Assembly: GCA_017938205.1 (NCBI GenBank)
Contig: JAGBCA010000001.1
Coordinates: 7,257-71,256, forward strand
Length of the DNA: 64,000 bases
Reading direction: 5' to 3'
From: Clostridia bacterium
Lineage (GTDB): Bacteria > Bacillota > Clostridia > Oscillospirales > CAG-272
Part shown: positions 1 through 9,272 of the stretch, piece by piece
How the letters are laid out: each line of letters begins with the position of its first letter
Numbering within the stretch: position 1 is the first letter of the stretch
The notes under the pieces: model-generated
What the model saw: the letters and a program-made list of their open reading frames with translations, nothing else
Database searches by the model: none
Told to the model about the DNA's origin: nothing
Translations under genes and position numbers: made by a program

Positions 1-712
1 CGGGCTCGCCCATCGAAACCCAAACGTCCGTATAAAGCACGTCGGCATTCTTGGTTGCCACCATGGGATCGGTCTCAAAGCGCAGGGTTGCACCCGTCTC
101 CTTCGCGATCTTCTCGCACTCTGCGATCAGAGCCGCATCGGGGAAATACTTTGCGGGAGCGCAGGCGGTGAAATTCATGCCCATTTTTGCGCAGCCAACC
201 ATCAGAGAGTTGCCCATGTTATAACGGCAGTCGCCCATGTAAACGAAGTTTACGCCCTTCAGCTTGCCAAGCTTTTCCTTCACCGTCAGAAAGTCGGCGA
301 GGATCTGCGTGGGGTGGAACTCGTTGGTAAGTCCGTTCCAAACGGGAACCTTCGCATACTGCGCAAGCTCCTCAACGAGTGCCTGGCCGAAGCCGCGGTA
401 TTCGATACCGTCAAACATACCCGAGAGAACGCGCGCCGTATCTGCAATGCTCTCCTTCTTGCCGATCTGCGAGCCGGTGGGACCAAGGTAGGTCGATCCC
501 ATACCGAGATCCGATGCGGCAACCTCAAAGGAGCAACGCGTTCTGGTGCTGTCCTTTTCAAAGATCAAGGCAATGTTTTTGCCCTCGCAGATCCTATGCG
601 GAATGCCGGCCTTCTTCTTCGCTTTCAGATCCTGCGCGAGATCGAGAAGATACTCGATCTCCTCCGTCGTAAAGTCCAAAAGCTTCAAAAAATCTCTGCC
701 CTTTAAATTCAT
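1..712 (-). CDS. argF: ornithine carbamoyltransferase (N-terminal ~237 aa; 3' end runs off the window start)
   Basis: My own minus-strand translation from the ATG at 710-712 gives [23 protein letters not shown]...[13 protein letters not shown]...[11 protein letters not shown]. The STRTR and HPTQ motifs are typical of OTCase. It is the last gene of the arg cluster. It is absent from the ORF track because it is open at the window edge. Confidence 0.9.
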   Translation of the reverse strand, partial: MNLKGRDFLKLLDFTTEEIEYLLDLAQDLKAKKKAGIPHRICEGKNIALIFEKDSTRTRCSFEVAASDLGMGSTYLGPTGSQIGKKESIADTARVLSGMFDGIEYRGFGQALVEELAQYAKVPVWNGLTNEFHPTQILADFLTVKEKLGKLKGVNFVYMGDCRYNMGNSLMVGCAKMGMNFTACAPAKYFPDAALIAECEKIAKETGATLRFETDPMVATKNADVLYTDVWVSMGEP

Positions 713-770
713 GTTTTTACTCCAATATTATTGTTTTTCGTTTAAAATGCAAACAATTCTTTGTGTTTTG

Positions 771-1940
771 TTATATTTTTGCCGCAGCGGCAAGAATCGT
801 GTCAATTGCTTTCTTGAGATCCTGCATCGGAATATTCAGCGCAGGAAGAAGTCTGACCTTCGTTTTTGCGGTCAGCGGGAGAACGCCGTTTTCGATGCAT
901 TCCTTGACGATCTCGGAGGCGGGACGCTCGGTCTCAATGCCGATCATGAGTCCCTTGCCGCTCACGCTCTTAATGCCCTTTTTGCCTGCCAGCGCAGAGA
1001 AGATATACTCACTCTTTTCCTTCACCTCGGCAAGGAGCGCATCGTCAATGCGCGAGATCACGGAAAGCGCACCCGCCGCAGCAATGGGGTTGCCGCCATA
1101 GGTCGAGCCGTGGTCACCCGCGCCAAGAACGCTCTCCACCTTCTCGCCCATCAGGCACGCGCCGATCGGCAAGCCGCCGCCAAGTCCCTTCGCGGTGGTC
1201 ACCACGTCGGGAGAAACGCCGAAATGCATATAAGAATAGAATGCGCCGGTGCGGCCGTTTCCGGTCTGCACCTCGTCCACCATAAACACGATGTCGTTCT
1301 CTTTGCAAAGCTCGTACGCGCCCTTCACGAAGGCCTCGTCCAAGGCGATCACGCCGCCCTCGCCCTGCACGCATTCGATCAGAACGCCTGCCACCTTCTC
1401 GCGTGCGATCACCGCCTCAAGCGCCGAAAGATCGTTTGCGGGGGTATGCACAAAGCCGGGGGTAAGAGGCTGAAAGAGCTTATGGAAGTGATCCTGCCCC
1501 GTAGCCGCAAGGGTGGTCAGCGTGCGGCCGTGGAAGCTGTTTTGCAGCGTAACGATCGTGCTGTATTCCGCGCCCTTTTTCTCAGCGGCGTATTTGCGTG
1601 CCACCTTAATGGCACATTCGTTCGCCTCTGCGCCCGAATTGCCGAAAAACACCTTTTTCATGCCCGTTTTCTCGCAAAGGAGAGCCGCAAGACGTGCGCA
1701 GGGCTCGGTGTAATAGAGGTTGGAAACGTGCTGCAGCTTATCCAGCTGTGCGCAAACGGCGGCCTTCCATTCCTTATCGGCAATGCCGAAGGCGGTCACG
1801 CCGATGCCGCTGCCCATATCAATATATTCTTTGCCATCCGTATCGTAGACCTTCGAGCCCTCGCCGCGGATCAGCTCCACAGGAAAGCGCGCATAGGTGT
1901 TGGCGACAAACGCACGGTCAAGCTCGGTCAAAGCACCCAT
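771..1940 (-). CDS. argD: acetylornithine aminotransferase (class III PLP aminotransferase)
   Basis: 389-aa ORF with the motifs DEVQTGNGRTG and TTAKGLGGGLP (PLP-lysine region). It sits between argB and argF. Confidence 0.9.
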   Translation of the reverse strand: MGALTELDRAFVANTYARFPVELIRGEGSKVYDTDGKEYIDMGSGIGVTAFGIADKEWKAAVCAQLDKLQHVSNLYYTEPCARLAALLCEKTGMKKVFFGNSGAEANECAIKVARKYAAEKKGAEYSTIVTLQNSFHGRTLTTLAATGQDHFHKLFQPLTPGFVHTPANDLSALEAVIAREKVAGVLIECVQGEGGVIALDEAFVKGAYELCKENDIVFMVDEVQTGNGRTGAFYSYMHFGVSPDVVTTAKGLGGGLPIGACLMGEKVESVLGAGDHGSTYGGNPIAAAGALSVISRIDDALLAEVKEKSEYIFSALAGKKGIKSVSGKGLMIGIETERPASEIVKECIENGVLPLTAKTKVRLLPALNIPMQDLKKAIDTILAAAAKI

Positions 1941-1941
1941 A

Positions 1942-2820
1942 TTATTCTCCCTTCACCATCGTACCTGCGCCCTCGTCCGTCAGAAGCTCCATCAGGATCG
2001 AGTGCGGCACGCGGCCGTCCATGATAATTACGTTCTGCACGCCCTTATGGATCGCCTCGATGCAGCAATCCACCTTGGGGATCATGCCGCCGGAGATCAC
2101 GCCGCTCTCGTAAAGCTTACCTGCCTCCTCGATGGTGATCTCGGGGATGAGGGTGGAGGGATCGTCCTTATCGCGGAGAATGCCCGCAATATCGGTCATC
2201 ATGATCAGTCGCTCCGCGCCGAGCGCACCCGCAATGTAGGCAGCGGCGGTATCGCCGTTGATATTATAAACGTTACCCTCCTTGTCGCTTGCCACGGTGG
2301 AAACGACGGGGATGTAGTTTTTCTCCAGAAGGTCGTTGATCGGCTGGGGGCGCACCTTCGTGATCTTGCCGACGAAGCCGAGGCGCTTATCCTTGACCTT
2401 GGCCTCGATCAGGCCGCCGTCAATGCCCGAAAGACCAACGGCGTGTCCGCCCTTGGACTGCAGAAGCGTTACCAGCGATTTGTTTACCTTGCCCGCAAGC
2501 ACCATCTGCACGATGTCCACGGTTTCCTTATCGGTCACACGCAGGCCGTCCACAAACTCGGGCTTTTTGCCAAGTTTCTGCATCAGATCGTTGATCTCGG
2601 GGCCGCCGCCGTGTACGAGCACGACCTTCACGCCGATCAGCCAAAGCAGAGCGATGTCCTCCATCACCTGCTCCTTGAGATGCTCGTTGATCATGGCGTT
2701 ACCGCCGTATTTGACAACAACGACCTTGCCAACGAATTTTTTGATATACGGAAGCGCCTGGGTGAGCACCTCAGCGCGCTGTGCGTTTGAAAAATGATTT
2801 TCCATCGGTATTTCTCCCAT
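1942..2820 (-). CDS. argB: acetylglutamate kinase
   Basis: 292-aa ORF with the amino-acid-kinase N-terminus VVVKYGGNAM and the GGGPEI motif. It is tightly packed against argJ and argD. Confidence 0.9.
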   Translation of the reverse strand: MGEIPMENHFSNAQRAEVLTQALPYIKKFVGKVVVVKYGGNAMINEHLKEQVMEDIALLWLIGVKVVLVHGGGPEINDLMQKLGKKPEFVDGLRVTDKETVDIVQMVLAGKVNKSLVTLLQSKGGHAVGLSGIDGGLIEAKVKDKRLGFVGKITKVRPQPINDLLEKNYIPVVSTVASDKEGNVYNINGDTAAAYIAGALGAERLIMMTDIAGILRDKDDPSTLIPEITIEEAGKLYESGVISGGMIPKVDCCIEAIHKGVQNVIIMDGRVPHSILMELLTDEGAGTMVKGE

Positions 2821-4046
2821 CAGGTTCTGTAGTCGCCGTTGATCTTCACGTAATCGTAGGTCAGATCGCAGCCGTAAGCGGTGGCATCGGAAGCACCGTC
2901 GCCAAGTCCAACGAGGATCTCGATCTCCTTTTCAAGAAGGATCTCTTTTGCCTTCTCCTCCGAGAAGGGGATGCCCGCGCCGTTCTTGCAAACCGCGATC
3001 TCGCCCTTGACCGAGCGGAAGGAAACGTCCACTTTATTCACGTCCACGTCTGCGCCGCTATAGCCGATCGCGCAAAGCACTCTGCCCCAGTTGGCATCCG
3101 CGCCAAACATCGCCGCCTTCAGAAGGTTTGAGCAGATCACACTCTTGGCAACCGTCTTGGCGTTTGCCTCGTCCTTTGCGCCCGTAACCTTGCATTCGAG
3201 CAGCTTGGTCGCACCCTCGCCGTCACCCGCGATCATGCGGCAAAGATACACATTGACGGTGTTCAGCGCCTTCATAAAGGTCTCAAAGTCCGCACCGTCC
3301 TCGGTGATCTCTGCGTTGCCCGCCATGCCGTTTGCCAGCACGGTCACCATATCGTTGGTGGAGGTATCACCGTCCACGCTGATCATATTGAAGGTGTTCT
3401 TGATGTCGGTGGAAAGTGCCTTGCCGAGCATTTTTGCGCTGATGGCCGCATCCGTGGTGATGAAAACGAGCATCGTTGCCATATTGGGATGGATCATGCC
3501 GCTTCCCTTTGCGATACCGCCGATGCGGCAGGTCTTGCCGCCGAGAGAAAACTCCACGGCGATCTCCTTTTTCACAACGTCAGTGGTCATAATGCCCTGC
3601 GCCGCCGCATCACTGCCATCTTCCGAAAGAGAGGCGGCCAAAACGGGAATGCCCTCGGCAATGGGAGCAAGATTCAGAGGCTGACCGATCACGCCCGTGG
3701 AGGCGACCACGACGTCGCTTGCCGAAATGCCAAGCGCATCGGCGCAAAGCGCGCTCATCTTCTCGGCGATCTCAACGCCGTCCGCATTGCAGGTGTTGGC
3801 GTTGCCGCTGTTGCAGATCACCGCCTGCGCATAGCCGTCCGAAATGTGGTTTTTCGTCACGGTCAGGGGTGCGCCCTTGACGAGGTTCGTGGTATAGGTT
3901 GCGGCCGCGGTGGCACGCACCTTGGAAAAGATCATGGAAAGATCGCGCTTCGTGCGGTTCTTGCGGATGCCGCAATGCACGCCGCCCGCAACAAATCCCT
4001 TCGCGGCACAAACGCCGCCTTCAACTATTTTCATATCCGTATTCAT
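2820..4046 (-). CDS. argJ: bifunctional ornithine acetyltransferase / N-acetylglutamate synthase
   Basis: The ORF spans 2820-4109. I trimmed the start to MNTDMKIVEGGV. The conserved self-cleavage site HPNMATMLVFITTDA is present. Confidence 0.9.
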   Translation of the reverse strand: MNTDMKIVEGGVCAAKGFVAGGVHCGIRKNRTKRDLSMIFSKVRATAAATYTTNLVKGAPLTVTKNHISDGYAQAVICNSGNANTCNADGVEIAEKMSALCADALGISASDVVVASTGVIGQPLNLAPIAEGIPVLAASLSEDGSDAAAQGIMTTDVVKKEIAVEFSLGGKTCRIGGIAKGSGMIHPNMATMLVFITTDAAISAKMLGKALSTDIKNTFNMISVDGDTSTNDMVTVLANGMAGNAEITEDGADFETFMKALNTVNVYLCRMIAGDGEGATKLLECKVTGAKDEANAKTVAKSVICSNLLKAAMFGADANWGRVLCAIGYSGADVDVNKVDVSFRSVKGEIAVCKNGAGIPFSEEKAKEILLEKEIEILVGLGDGASDATAYGCDLTYDYVKINGDYRT

Positions 4047-4074
4047 AGCAAAAAATCCTCTAATATGTAAACTT

Positions 4075-4998
4075 TTATACGCAAAGCCCGGTGGTTTCGT
4101 CCACACCAAGCATAATATTCATGTTCTGGATGGCCGCGCCGGACGCGCCCTTTCCAAGGTTATCAAAACGGGAAACGAGAAGGATCCTCTCGGCGTTTCC
4201 AAACACGCCGACCTCCATATCGTCTCTTCCCGAGAAGGCCGAGGCACAGAGAAGTCCGCCCTCTCCCATGTCCGCATTGTAATGTATCATCGGACCCTTG
4301 AAGGTATCGGCATACAGGGCGCGCACGTCATCGATCGTTCCCCTAAGATCCTTTGCGAAGATCGGAACGGTGACCTCCATGCCGCTGTAGAAATCCGCCA
4401 CGATGGGAAGGAAGGCAGGTGCGGTCTTAAGGCCGCCGATCACCTGAATTTCGGGCAGATGCTTATGCGACTGGGAGAGCGCGTACTGTCTCGGTGCGCC
4501 GAAGAGCGGAGAGCGGTTTTCGTCCTCGTACTCCGCGATCATCTTTTTTCCGCCGCCGGAATAACCCGTCAGCGAGGTGACCGACAAAGCGGCATCCGCC
4601 GAGAGCAGTCCGTTTCGGATGAGGGGCTCGATCAAGGCAAGCACGCCGCTTGCGTGGCAGCCGGGGTTGGCAACGCGATCCGAGGCGGCAATTTTTGCAC
4701 GCAGATCTGCAAGCTCCGCAAAGCCGTACGCCCAAGCGGGATTCGTTCTGTGCGCGGTGGAGGTATCAATGATACGCACCTTCGAGCCCTTCGCAAGCTC
4801 CACCGCCTCGATCGCGGCGGCATCGGGCAGGCAGAGGAACGCGATATCCGCCGTATGCAGCATTTCGCGGCGTGCCTCGGGATCCTTTCTCTGCTCGTCC
4901 GAGAGGATCAGAAGCGAAAGATCCTTACGCTCTGCAAGCCTTTCGTGTATACGCAGGCCGGTGGTGCCGGCCGATCCGTCAATAAAAACCTTCGTCAT
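4075..4998 (-). CDS. argC: N-acetyl-gamma-glutamyl-phosphate reductase (short, uncommon form)
   Basis: 307-aa ORF with the N-terminal Rossmann motif IDGSAGTTG and the active-site segment NPGCHASG. Its start shares a 4-nt ATGA overlap with the argH stop. Confidence 0.85.
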   Translation of the reverse strand: MTKVFIDGSAGTTGLRIHERLAERKDLSLLILSDEQRKDPEARREMLHTADIAFLCLPDAAAIEAVELAKGSKVRIIDTSTAHRTNPAWAYGFAELADLRAKIAASDRVANPGCHASGVLALIEPLIRNGLLSADAALSVTSLTGYSGGGKKMIAEYEDENRSPLFGAPRQYALSQSHKHLPEIQVIGGLKTAPAFLPIVADFYSGMEVTVPIFAKDLRGTIDDVRALYADTFKGPMIHYNADMGEGGLLCASAFSGRDDMEVGVFGNAERILLVSRFDNLGKGASGAAIQNMNIMLGVDETTGLCV

Positions 4999-6368
4999 TT
5001 GAGCATCTCCTTTGCGTAAGCAATTTGCGATTTCACCGAGGCAAGCGAGGTGCCGCCCTCGGAAATACGGGTCTCCACGCAGGTGCGGAGCGAGATCGCC
5101 TCGTAAACATCCTCGTCAAAAAGGTCGCTCTCGGCCTTATAGTCTGCAAGAGGAAGCTCCTCAAGCACCGTGTTCTCACGGATGCATTTGGCAACGAGGC
5201 CGCCCGAGATCTTATACGCGGTGCGGAAGGGCATTCCCTTTTTCACAAGATAATCCGCAAGGTCGGTCGCGTTGATGAAGCCCTTCTGCGCGGCGCGGAG
5301 CATATTTTCCTTGTTGGCCTTCATGGTTGCCACCATGCCGTCAAATACCTTCAGGCACATCTTCGCCGTGTCGATCGCATCGAATACGCTCTCCTTGTCC
5401 TCCTGCATATCCTTGTTATAGGCAAGAGGCAAGCCCTTCAGGGTGGTGAGAAGCGCCATCAGATCGCCATACACGCGCCCCGTCTTGCCGCGCACGAGCT
5501 CCGCCATATCGGGGTTCTTCTTCTGCGGCATGATGGACGAGCCGGTGGTAAAGGAGTCCGAAAGCTCCACGAATTTAAATTCCCAGCTGCACCAGAGAAT
5601 GATCTCCTCGGAGAAGCGGGAGAGGTGCATCATCAGAAGAGAGAGCGCGGAAAGCATTTCCACGGCAAAATCTCTGTCCGAAACACCGTCAAGGCTGTTT
5701 TGGCAGATACCGTCGAAGCCGAGCTTCTTCGCCTCAAAGCGGCGGTCGGTATCATAGGTCGTGCCCGCGAGGGCACAGCAGCCGATAGGAGAAAGATTCA
5801 TTCTCTTCCTGCAATCGGCAAGACGGTCTATATCACGAAGGAGCATCATGGCGTAAGCCATCAGATGGTGGCCGAAGAGGATGGGCTGTGCTCTTTGCAG
5901 ATGCGTATAGCCGGGGAGGATATAGTCTGCATATTCCTCAGCCTTTGCCGTTATGGTCGCGACAAGCTTTTTCGTAAGATCCGCGATCTCGTCCAGCTCA
6001 CGGCGCAGGTACATACGGAAGTCAAGCGCGACCTGATCGTTTCGGCTTCTTGCCGTGTGCAGCTTTTTACCAACGTCGCCAAGCCGCTCCGTCAGCACCT
6101 GCTCCACGAACATATGAATGTCCTCTGCGCTCATATCAAAGGCAAGCGCACCGCTCGAAAGATCCGCAAGAATGCCCTCAAGCCCCGCGATCAGCGTGTC
6201 CGCCTCCTCAGCGGTAATGATCCCCTTTGCGCCGAGCATAGCGGCGTGCGCCATGCTGCCCGTGATGTCCTCTCTGAACATTCTACAGTCAAAATGAATG
6301 GAAGAATTGAAATCGTCCGCGATCTGGTTCACCGCGCCCTCGGTTCTTCCTGCCCACATCTTAGCCAT
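4995..6368 (-). CDS. argH: argininosuccinate lyase
   Basis: The ORF spans 4995-6572. I trimmed the start to MAKMWAGRTEG (ATG at 6366-6368). The fumarate-lyase signature GSSIMPQKKNPD is present. Confidence 0.92.
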   Translation of the reverse strand: MAKMWAGRTEGAVNQIADDFNSSIHFDCRMFREDITGSMAHAAMLGAKGIITAEEADTLIAGLEGILADLSSGALAFDMSAEDIHMFVEQVLTERLGDVGKKLHTARSRNDQVALDFRMYLRRELDEIADLTKKLVATITAKAEEYADYILPGYTHLQRAQPILFGHHLMAYAMMLLRDIDRLADCRKRMNLSPIGCCALAGTTYDTDRRFEAKKLGFDGICQNSLDGVSDRDFAVEMLSALSLLMMHLSRFSEEIILWCSWEFKFVELSDSFTTGSSIMPQKKNPDMAELVRGKTGRVYGDLMALLTTLKGLPLAYNKDMQEDKESVFDAIDTAKMCLKVFDGMVATMKANKENMLRAAQKGFINATDLADYLVKKGMPFRTAYKISGGLVAKCIRENTVLEELPLADYKAESDLFDEDVYEAISLRTCVETRISEGGTSLASVKSQIAYAKEMLK

Positions 6369-6453
6369 AATACACCGTTCTTTCAAAAAAATTTCAGATG
6401 GGCCGCCGCCTTGTGTCCCTTTGCGACAGCCCACCGCTTTGTTCTGTTTAAAA

Positions 6454-7683
6454 TTACTTCTTCGCGTTCTTCGCGTTGACCTGCGCCTGCACCTTGATCG
6501 GCAGACCGAAGAGGTTGATAAATCCTGCGGAATCCGCCTGATTGTAAACGTCATCCTCGCCGAAGGTTGCAAGCTCCTCGGAGTAAAGCGCGTAATCGCT
6601 CTTCACGCCGGCCTTGATGATATTGCCCTTATAGAGCTTCAGACGAACCGTACCGGTCACGTTCTCCTGGGTCTTATCCACGAATGCGGAAAGAGCCTCG
6701 CGCAGGGGGGTAAACCACTGGCCGTTATAAACGAGATCCGCGAAGGTGATCGCAAGCTCTGCCTTCTTGTGTGCGGTCATCTTATCCAGCGTCAGAGTCT
6801 CAAGATAGTTGTGTGCGAAATAAAGGATCGTTCCGCCGGGAGTTTCATACACGCCGCGGCACTTCATACCAACGAGACGGTTCTCGATGATGTCAAGCAG
6901 ACCGATGCCGTTCTCGCCACCGAGCTTATTGAGAGCAAGGATGATGTCCTTCGCGCTCATCTTCTCGCCGTTCAGAGCCACGGGAACGCCCTTCTCGAAG
7001 TCCATGGTGATGTAGGTGGGCTTATCGGGAGCCTCCAAGGGAGAAACGCCCATCTCAAGGAAGCCCTTCTTCTCATACTGAGGCTCGTTCCAAGCATCCT
7101 CAAGGTCAAGTCCCTCATGAGAAAGGTGCCAAAGGTTCTTATCCTTGGAGTAGTTGGTCTCGCGGTTGATCTTCAGAGGAACGTTGTGTGCCTCCGCATA
7201 GTCGATCTCCTCCTCACGGGACTTGATATCCCACTCACGCCAGGGAGCGATCACGGGCATATCGGGAGCAAACGCCTTGATGGCAAGCTCGAAGCGCACC
7301 TGGTCGTTACCCTTACCGGTGCAGCCGTGGCAGATGGCATCTGCGCCCTCGGCCAGAGCGATCTCAACGATCCTCTTTGCGATGATGGGACGTGCGAAGG
7401 AGGTACCGAGAAGGTATTCCTCGTAAATCGCACCCGCCTTCATGGTGGGGATGATGTAATCGTCAACGAATTCCTCGGTGAGGTCCTCGATGTAAAGCTT
7501 GGATGCGCCGGTCTTCAGAGCCTTCTCCTCAAGACCCTCCAGCTCGTCCGCCTGGCCAACGTTACCCGAAACGGCAACGACCTCGCAGTTGTTGTAGTTT
7601 TCCTTGAGCCACGGAATGATGATCGAGGTGTCAAGACCGCCCGAATACGCAAGCACTACCTTTTTGATGTTTTTCTTATCCAT
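6454..7683 (-). CDS. argG: argininosuccinate synthase
   Basis: The ORF spans 6454-7755. I trimmed the start to [20 protein letters not shown] (PP-loop). A GGAGGA RBS lies upstream. Confidence 0.92.
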   Translation of the reverse strand: MDKKNIKKVVLAYSGGLDTSIIIPWLKENYNNCEVVAVSGNVGQADELEGLEEKALKTGASKLYIEDLTEEFVDDYIIPTMKAGAIYEEYLLGTSFARPIIAKRIVEIALAEGADAICHGCTGKGNDQVRFELAIKAFAPDMPVIAPWREWDIKSREEEIDYAEAHNVPLKINRETNYSKDKNLWHLSHEGLDLEDAWNEPQYEKKGFLEMGVSPLEAPDKPTYITMDFEKGVPVALNGEKMSAKDIILALNKLGGENGIGLLDIIENRLVGMKCRGVYETPGGTILYFAHNYLETLTLDKMTAHKKAELAITFADLVYNGQWFTPLREALSAFVDKTQENVTGTVRLKLYKGNIIKAGVKSDYALYSEELATFGEDDVYNQADSAGFINLFGLPIKVQAQVNAKNAKK

Positions 7684-7742
7684 TGTAAAAGATCCTCCGA
7701 TTTCGATCGCGGCACAGCGCCGCTTGTTTTTTAGATGTTGAT

Positions 7743-7771
7743 ATTGTACCACCAATCGAATAAATATGCAA
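7743..7771 (-). promoter_or_regulatory. putative sigma-A promoter of the arg operon, overlapped by an ARG-box-like site
   Basis: On the minus strand, TTGCAT (7766-7771) is followed by a 17-nt spacer and TACAAT (7743-7748). The sequence cgaataaatatgca (7757-7770) overlaps the -35 box and spacer. It resembles the palindrome arms at 7854-7904. Confidence 0.5.
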
Positions 7772-7853
7772 GTCTTTTTTGCAAATTTCTTTATTTTCGG
7801 CAGGTTGCCTATTTATAATAGATCCATATTCCCCTCGTTTGGGCATATTTTTT

Positions 7854-7904
7854 CGAATAAATGCATAATAATGCATATTATGCAGGAAAATATGCATTTA
7901 TTCG
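7854..7904. promoter_or_regulatory. ARG-box-like palindromic operator (putative ArgR/AhrC site cluster)
   Basis: A perfect 14-nt inverted repeat, cgaataaatgcata (7854-7867) and tatgcatttattcg (7891-7904), flanks further TGCAT-N-ATGCA half-sites (atgcataataatgcatattatgca). All are AT-rich and close to the TNTGAATWWWWATTCANW-type ARG box. Confidence 0.6.
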
Positions 7905-7960
7905 GTTTGTGCGAGAAAAATACCTTCATATTTAAAAGAAAGCAAAGGGCAGGATCGGCT

Positions 7961-8314
7961 TTACCGAACGCTTTCGCTCCATTCGGCTTCTTTGAATCCA
8001 ACGAGAACGAAGCCGTCTGCGATCAGGAGCGGGCGCTTGACGAGCATACCGTCACTTGCAAGAAGATCGAGCATTGCATCCTCCGTCATTGCGGGGAGCT
8101 TATTTTTCAGATCCATGGATTTATAGAGCAGACCGCTGGTGTTGAAAAATTTCTTCATCGGCAGGCCGCTTTTCTTTTGCCAAAGCGAAAGCTCCTCGCG
8201 CGTGGGGTTTTCGAGCTTTATATCTCTGTATTCGTATGCGATTTTCTGATCGTCCAGCCACTTTTTCGCCTTCTGGCAGGTGGTGCATTTGGGGTAACAG
8301 ATCAATTTCAGCAT
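7961..8314 (-). CDS. ArsC/Spx/YffB-family thioredoxin-fold protein
   Basis: The ORF spans 7961-8377 from a GTG. I trimmed the start to MLKLICYPKCTTCQKAKKWL. The N-terminal CxxC-type motif and the ~117-aa length are typical of this family. Confidence 0.75.
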   Translation of the reverse strand: MLKLICYPKCTTCQKAKKWLDDQKIAYEYRDIKLENPTREELSLWQKKSGLPMKKFFNTSGLLYKSMDLKNKLPAMTEDAMLDLLASDGMLVKRPLLIADGFVLVGFKEAEWSESVR

Positions 8315-8383
8315 TTTTTCTTCTCCTGATATATTTGGATTTTCACACAGCCGGAGGGAGGCTACCCTCTCCGTCACCTGCGG

Positions 8384-9262
8384 TTACTTCAAAACAATAT
8401 AGTTGGTATATCCCACCTTACCCTCGGCATCGGTGACCTCGGCGCGGATGAATTTTTCACGCGGGGTGATCTTGTGGCGATGCTCGGTGAGGCCTTCGCC
8501 GCGCAGGCAATAGCCCTCCGCCCACGCGACGTTGGAAAAGAGGCTGATGCGGCAGACGGGCGAGGAGCGAACAACGATCTCATCGCCCTCTCTTGCGATA
8601 TGCACCTCGGGGCCCTGGGTTGCATAAAACTTGCCTGCGCGAATGGCGGCAAGGATCTCCTTTTCGGTGGCATCCTCTGCGCATTCCACCATCACGGCGT
8701 TTTTCGTTTCATCGTCGCCCTTGTAGTAATGCGTATCGTCGGTCGCAAGCAAGAGCATCGGCTTGCCAAGGCAAGCCACGAGATCGGCAAAGCAGCCCGA
8801 ATAGGGGCGCGAGGACTCTCCCGCATCCGAAACACTGTTGTGGATCTCGGTGAGGGTGATGGCCGAAAGGTCAAGCGCGGTCTCGGGTTGATTCAGCGAC
8901 CAGGCGGGATGCGCCAGCACGGGCGTACCGCCCACGGCAAGGATCTTCTCCACGATCGTCTCTGCGGGCAGGCGCGGCTCCTTTTCGATCTCGGGATCCT
9001 TCTCGCAGCCAAGCGCCACAATGTGATACACACCCTCGCGGCCGCAGCACATCTCGGTGTCATACTCCGCGCCGGAAAGGATCTTCAGCCCCGAAAGGCT
9101 TCCCTCCTCCGTGAAAAAATAATGGTCGGTAACAGCAATGGCATCGTAGCCCGCATCCTTATAAATTTTTGCCGCTTCCTCGGGCGTTTTCTTTCCGTCC
9201 GACTGGGTGGTATGTGTGTGAAGATTGATCTTCAAGCGGTTTTTTCCAAATAAATCCTTCAT
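8384..9262 (-). CDS. PHP-domain metal-dependent phosphoesterase
   Basis: The ORF spans 8384-9289. I trimmed the start to MKDLFGKN, which has an AAGGGGA RBS. The motifs INLHTHTTQSDG and AIAVTDH are present. Confidence 0.75.
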   Translation of the reverse strand: MKDLFGKNRLKINLHTHTTQSDGKKTPEEAAKIYKDAGYDAIAVTDHYFFTEEGSLSGLKILSGAEYDTEMCCGREGVYHIVALGCEKDPEIEKEPRLPAETIVEKILAVGGTPVLAHPAWSLNQPETALDLSAITLTEIHNSVSDAGESSRPYSGCFADLVACLGKPMLLLATDDTHYYKGDDETKNAVMVECAEDATEKEILAAIRAGKFYATQGPEVHIAREGDEIVVRSSPVCRISLFSNVAWAEGYCLRGEGLTEHRHKITPREKFIRAEVTDAEGKVGYTNYIVLK

Positions 9263-9272
9263 CGTTTTCCCC

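Noticed and set aside
546-2024. A 492-aa plus-strand ORF. Many similar long ORFs occur elsewhere, for example 5025-6479 (+), 6298-7734 (+), 36730-37815 (-), 41611-42936 (+), 30264-31160 (-), 31359-32258 (-) and 14558-15862 (+).
   Set aside because: All lie antisense to genes with unmistakable conserved motifs (argD/argB, argH, argG, pfkA, trkA and others). Their translations are Arg/Ala/Gly/His-rich low-complexity strings, typical of shadow ORFs in GC-rich DNA, and they have no RBS or family signature.
2820-4109. N-terminal extensions of many ORF-track entries, including argJ, argH, argG, GH28, trkA, DUF554, the alpha/beta hydrolase, the lipoprotein and the aminotransferase.
   Set aside because: The extensions are Arg/Ser/Pro-rich, overlap upstream genes or intergenic promoters, and lack an RBS. 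Internal ATGs coincide with conserved family N-termini and good Shine-Dalgarno sequences, so I trimmed the starts.
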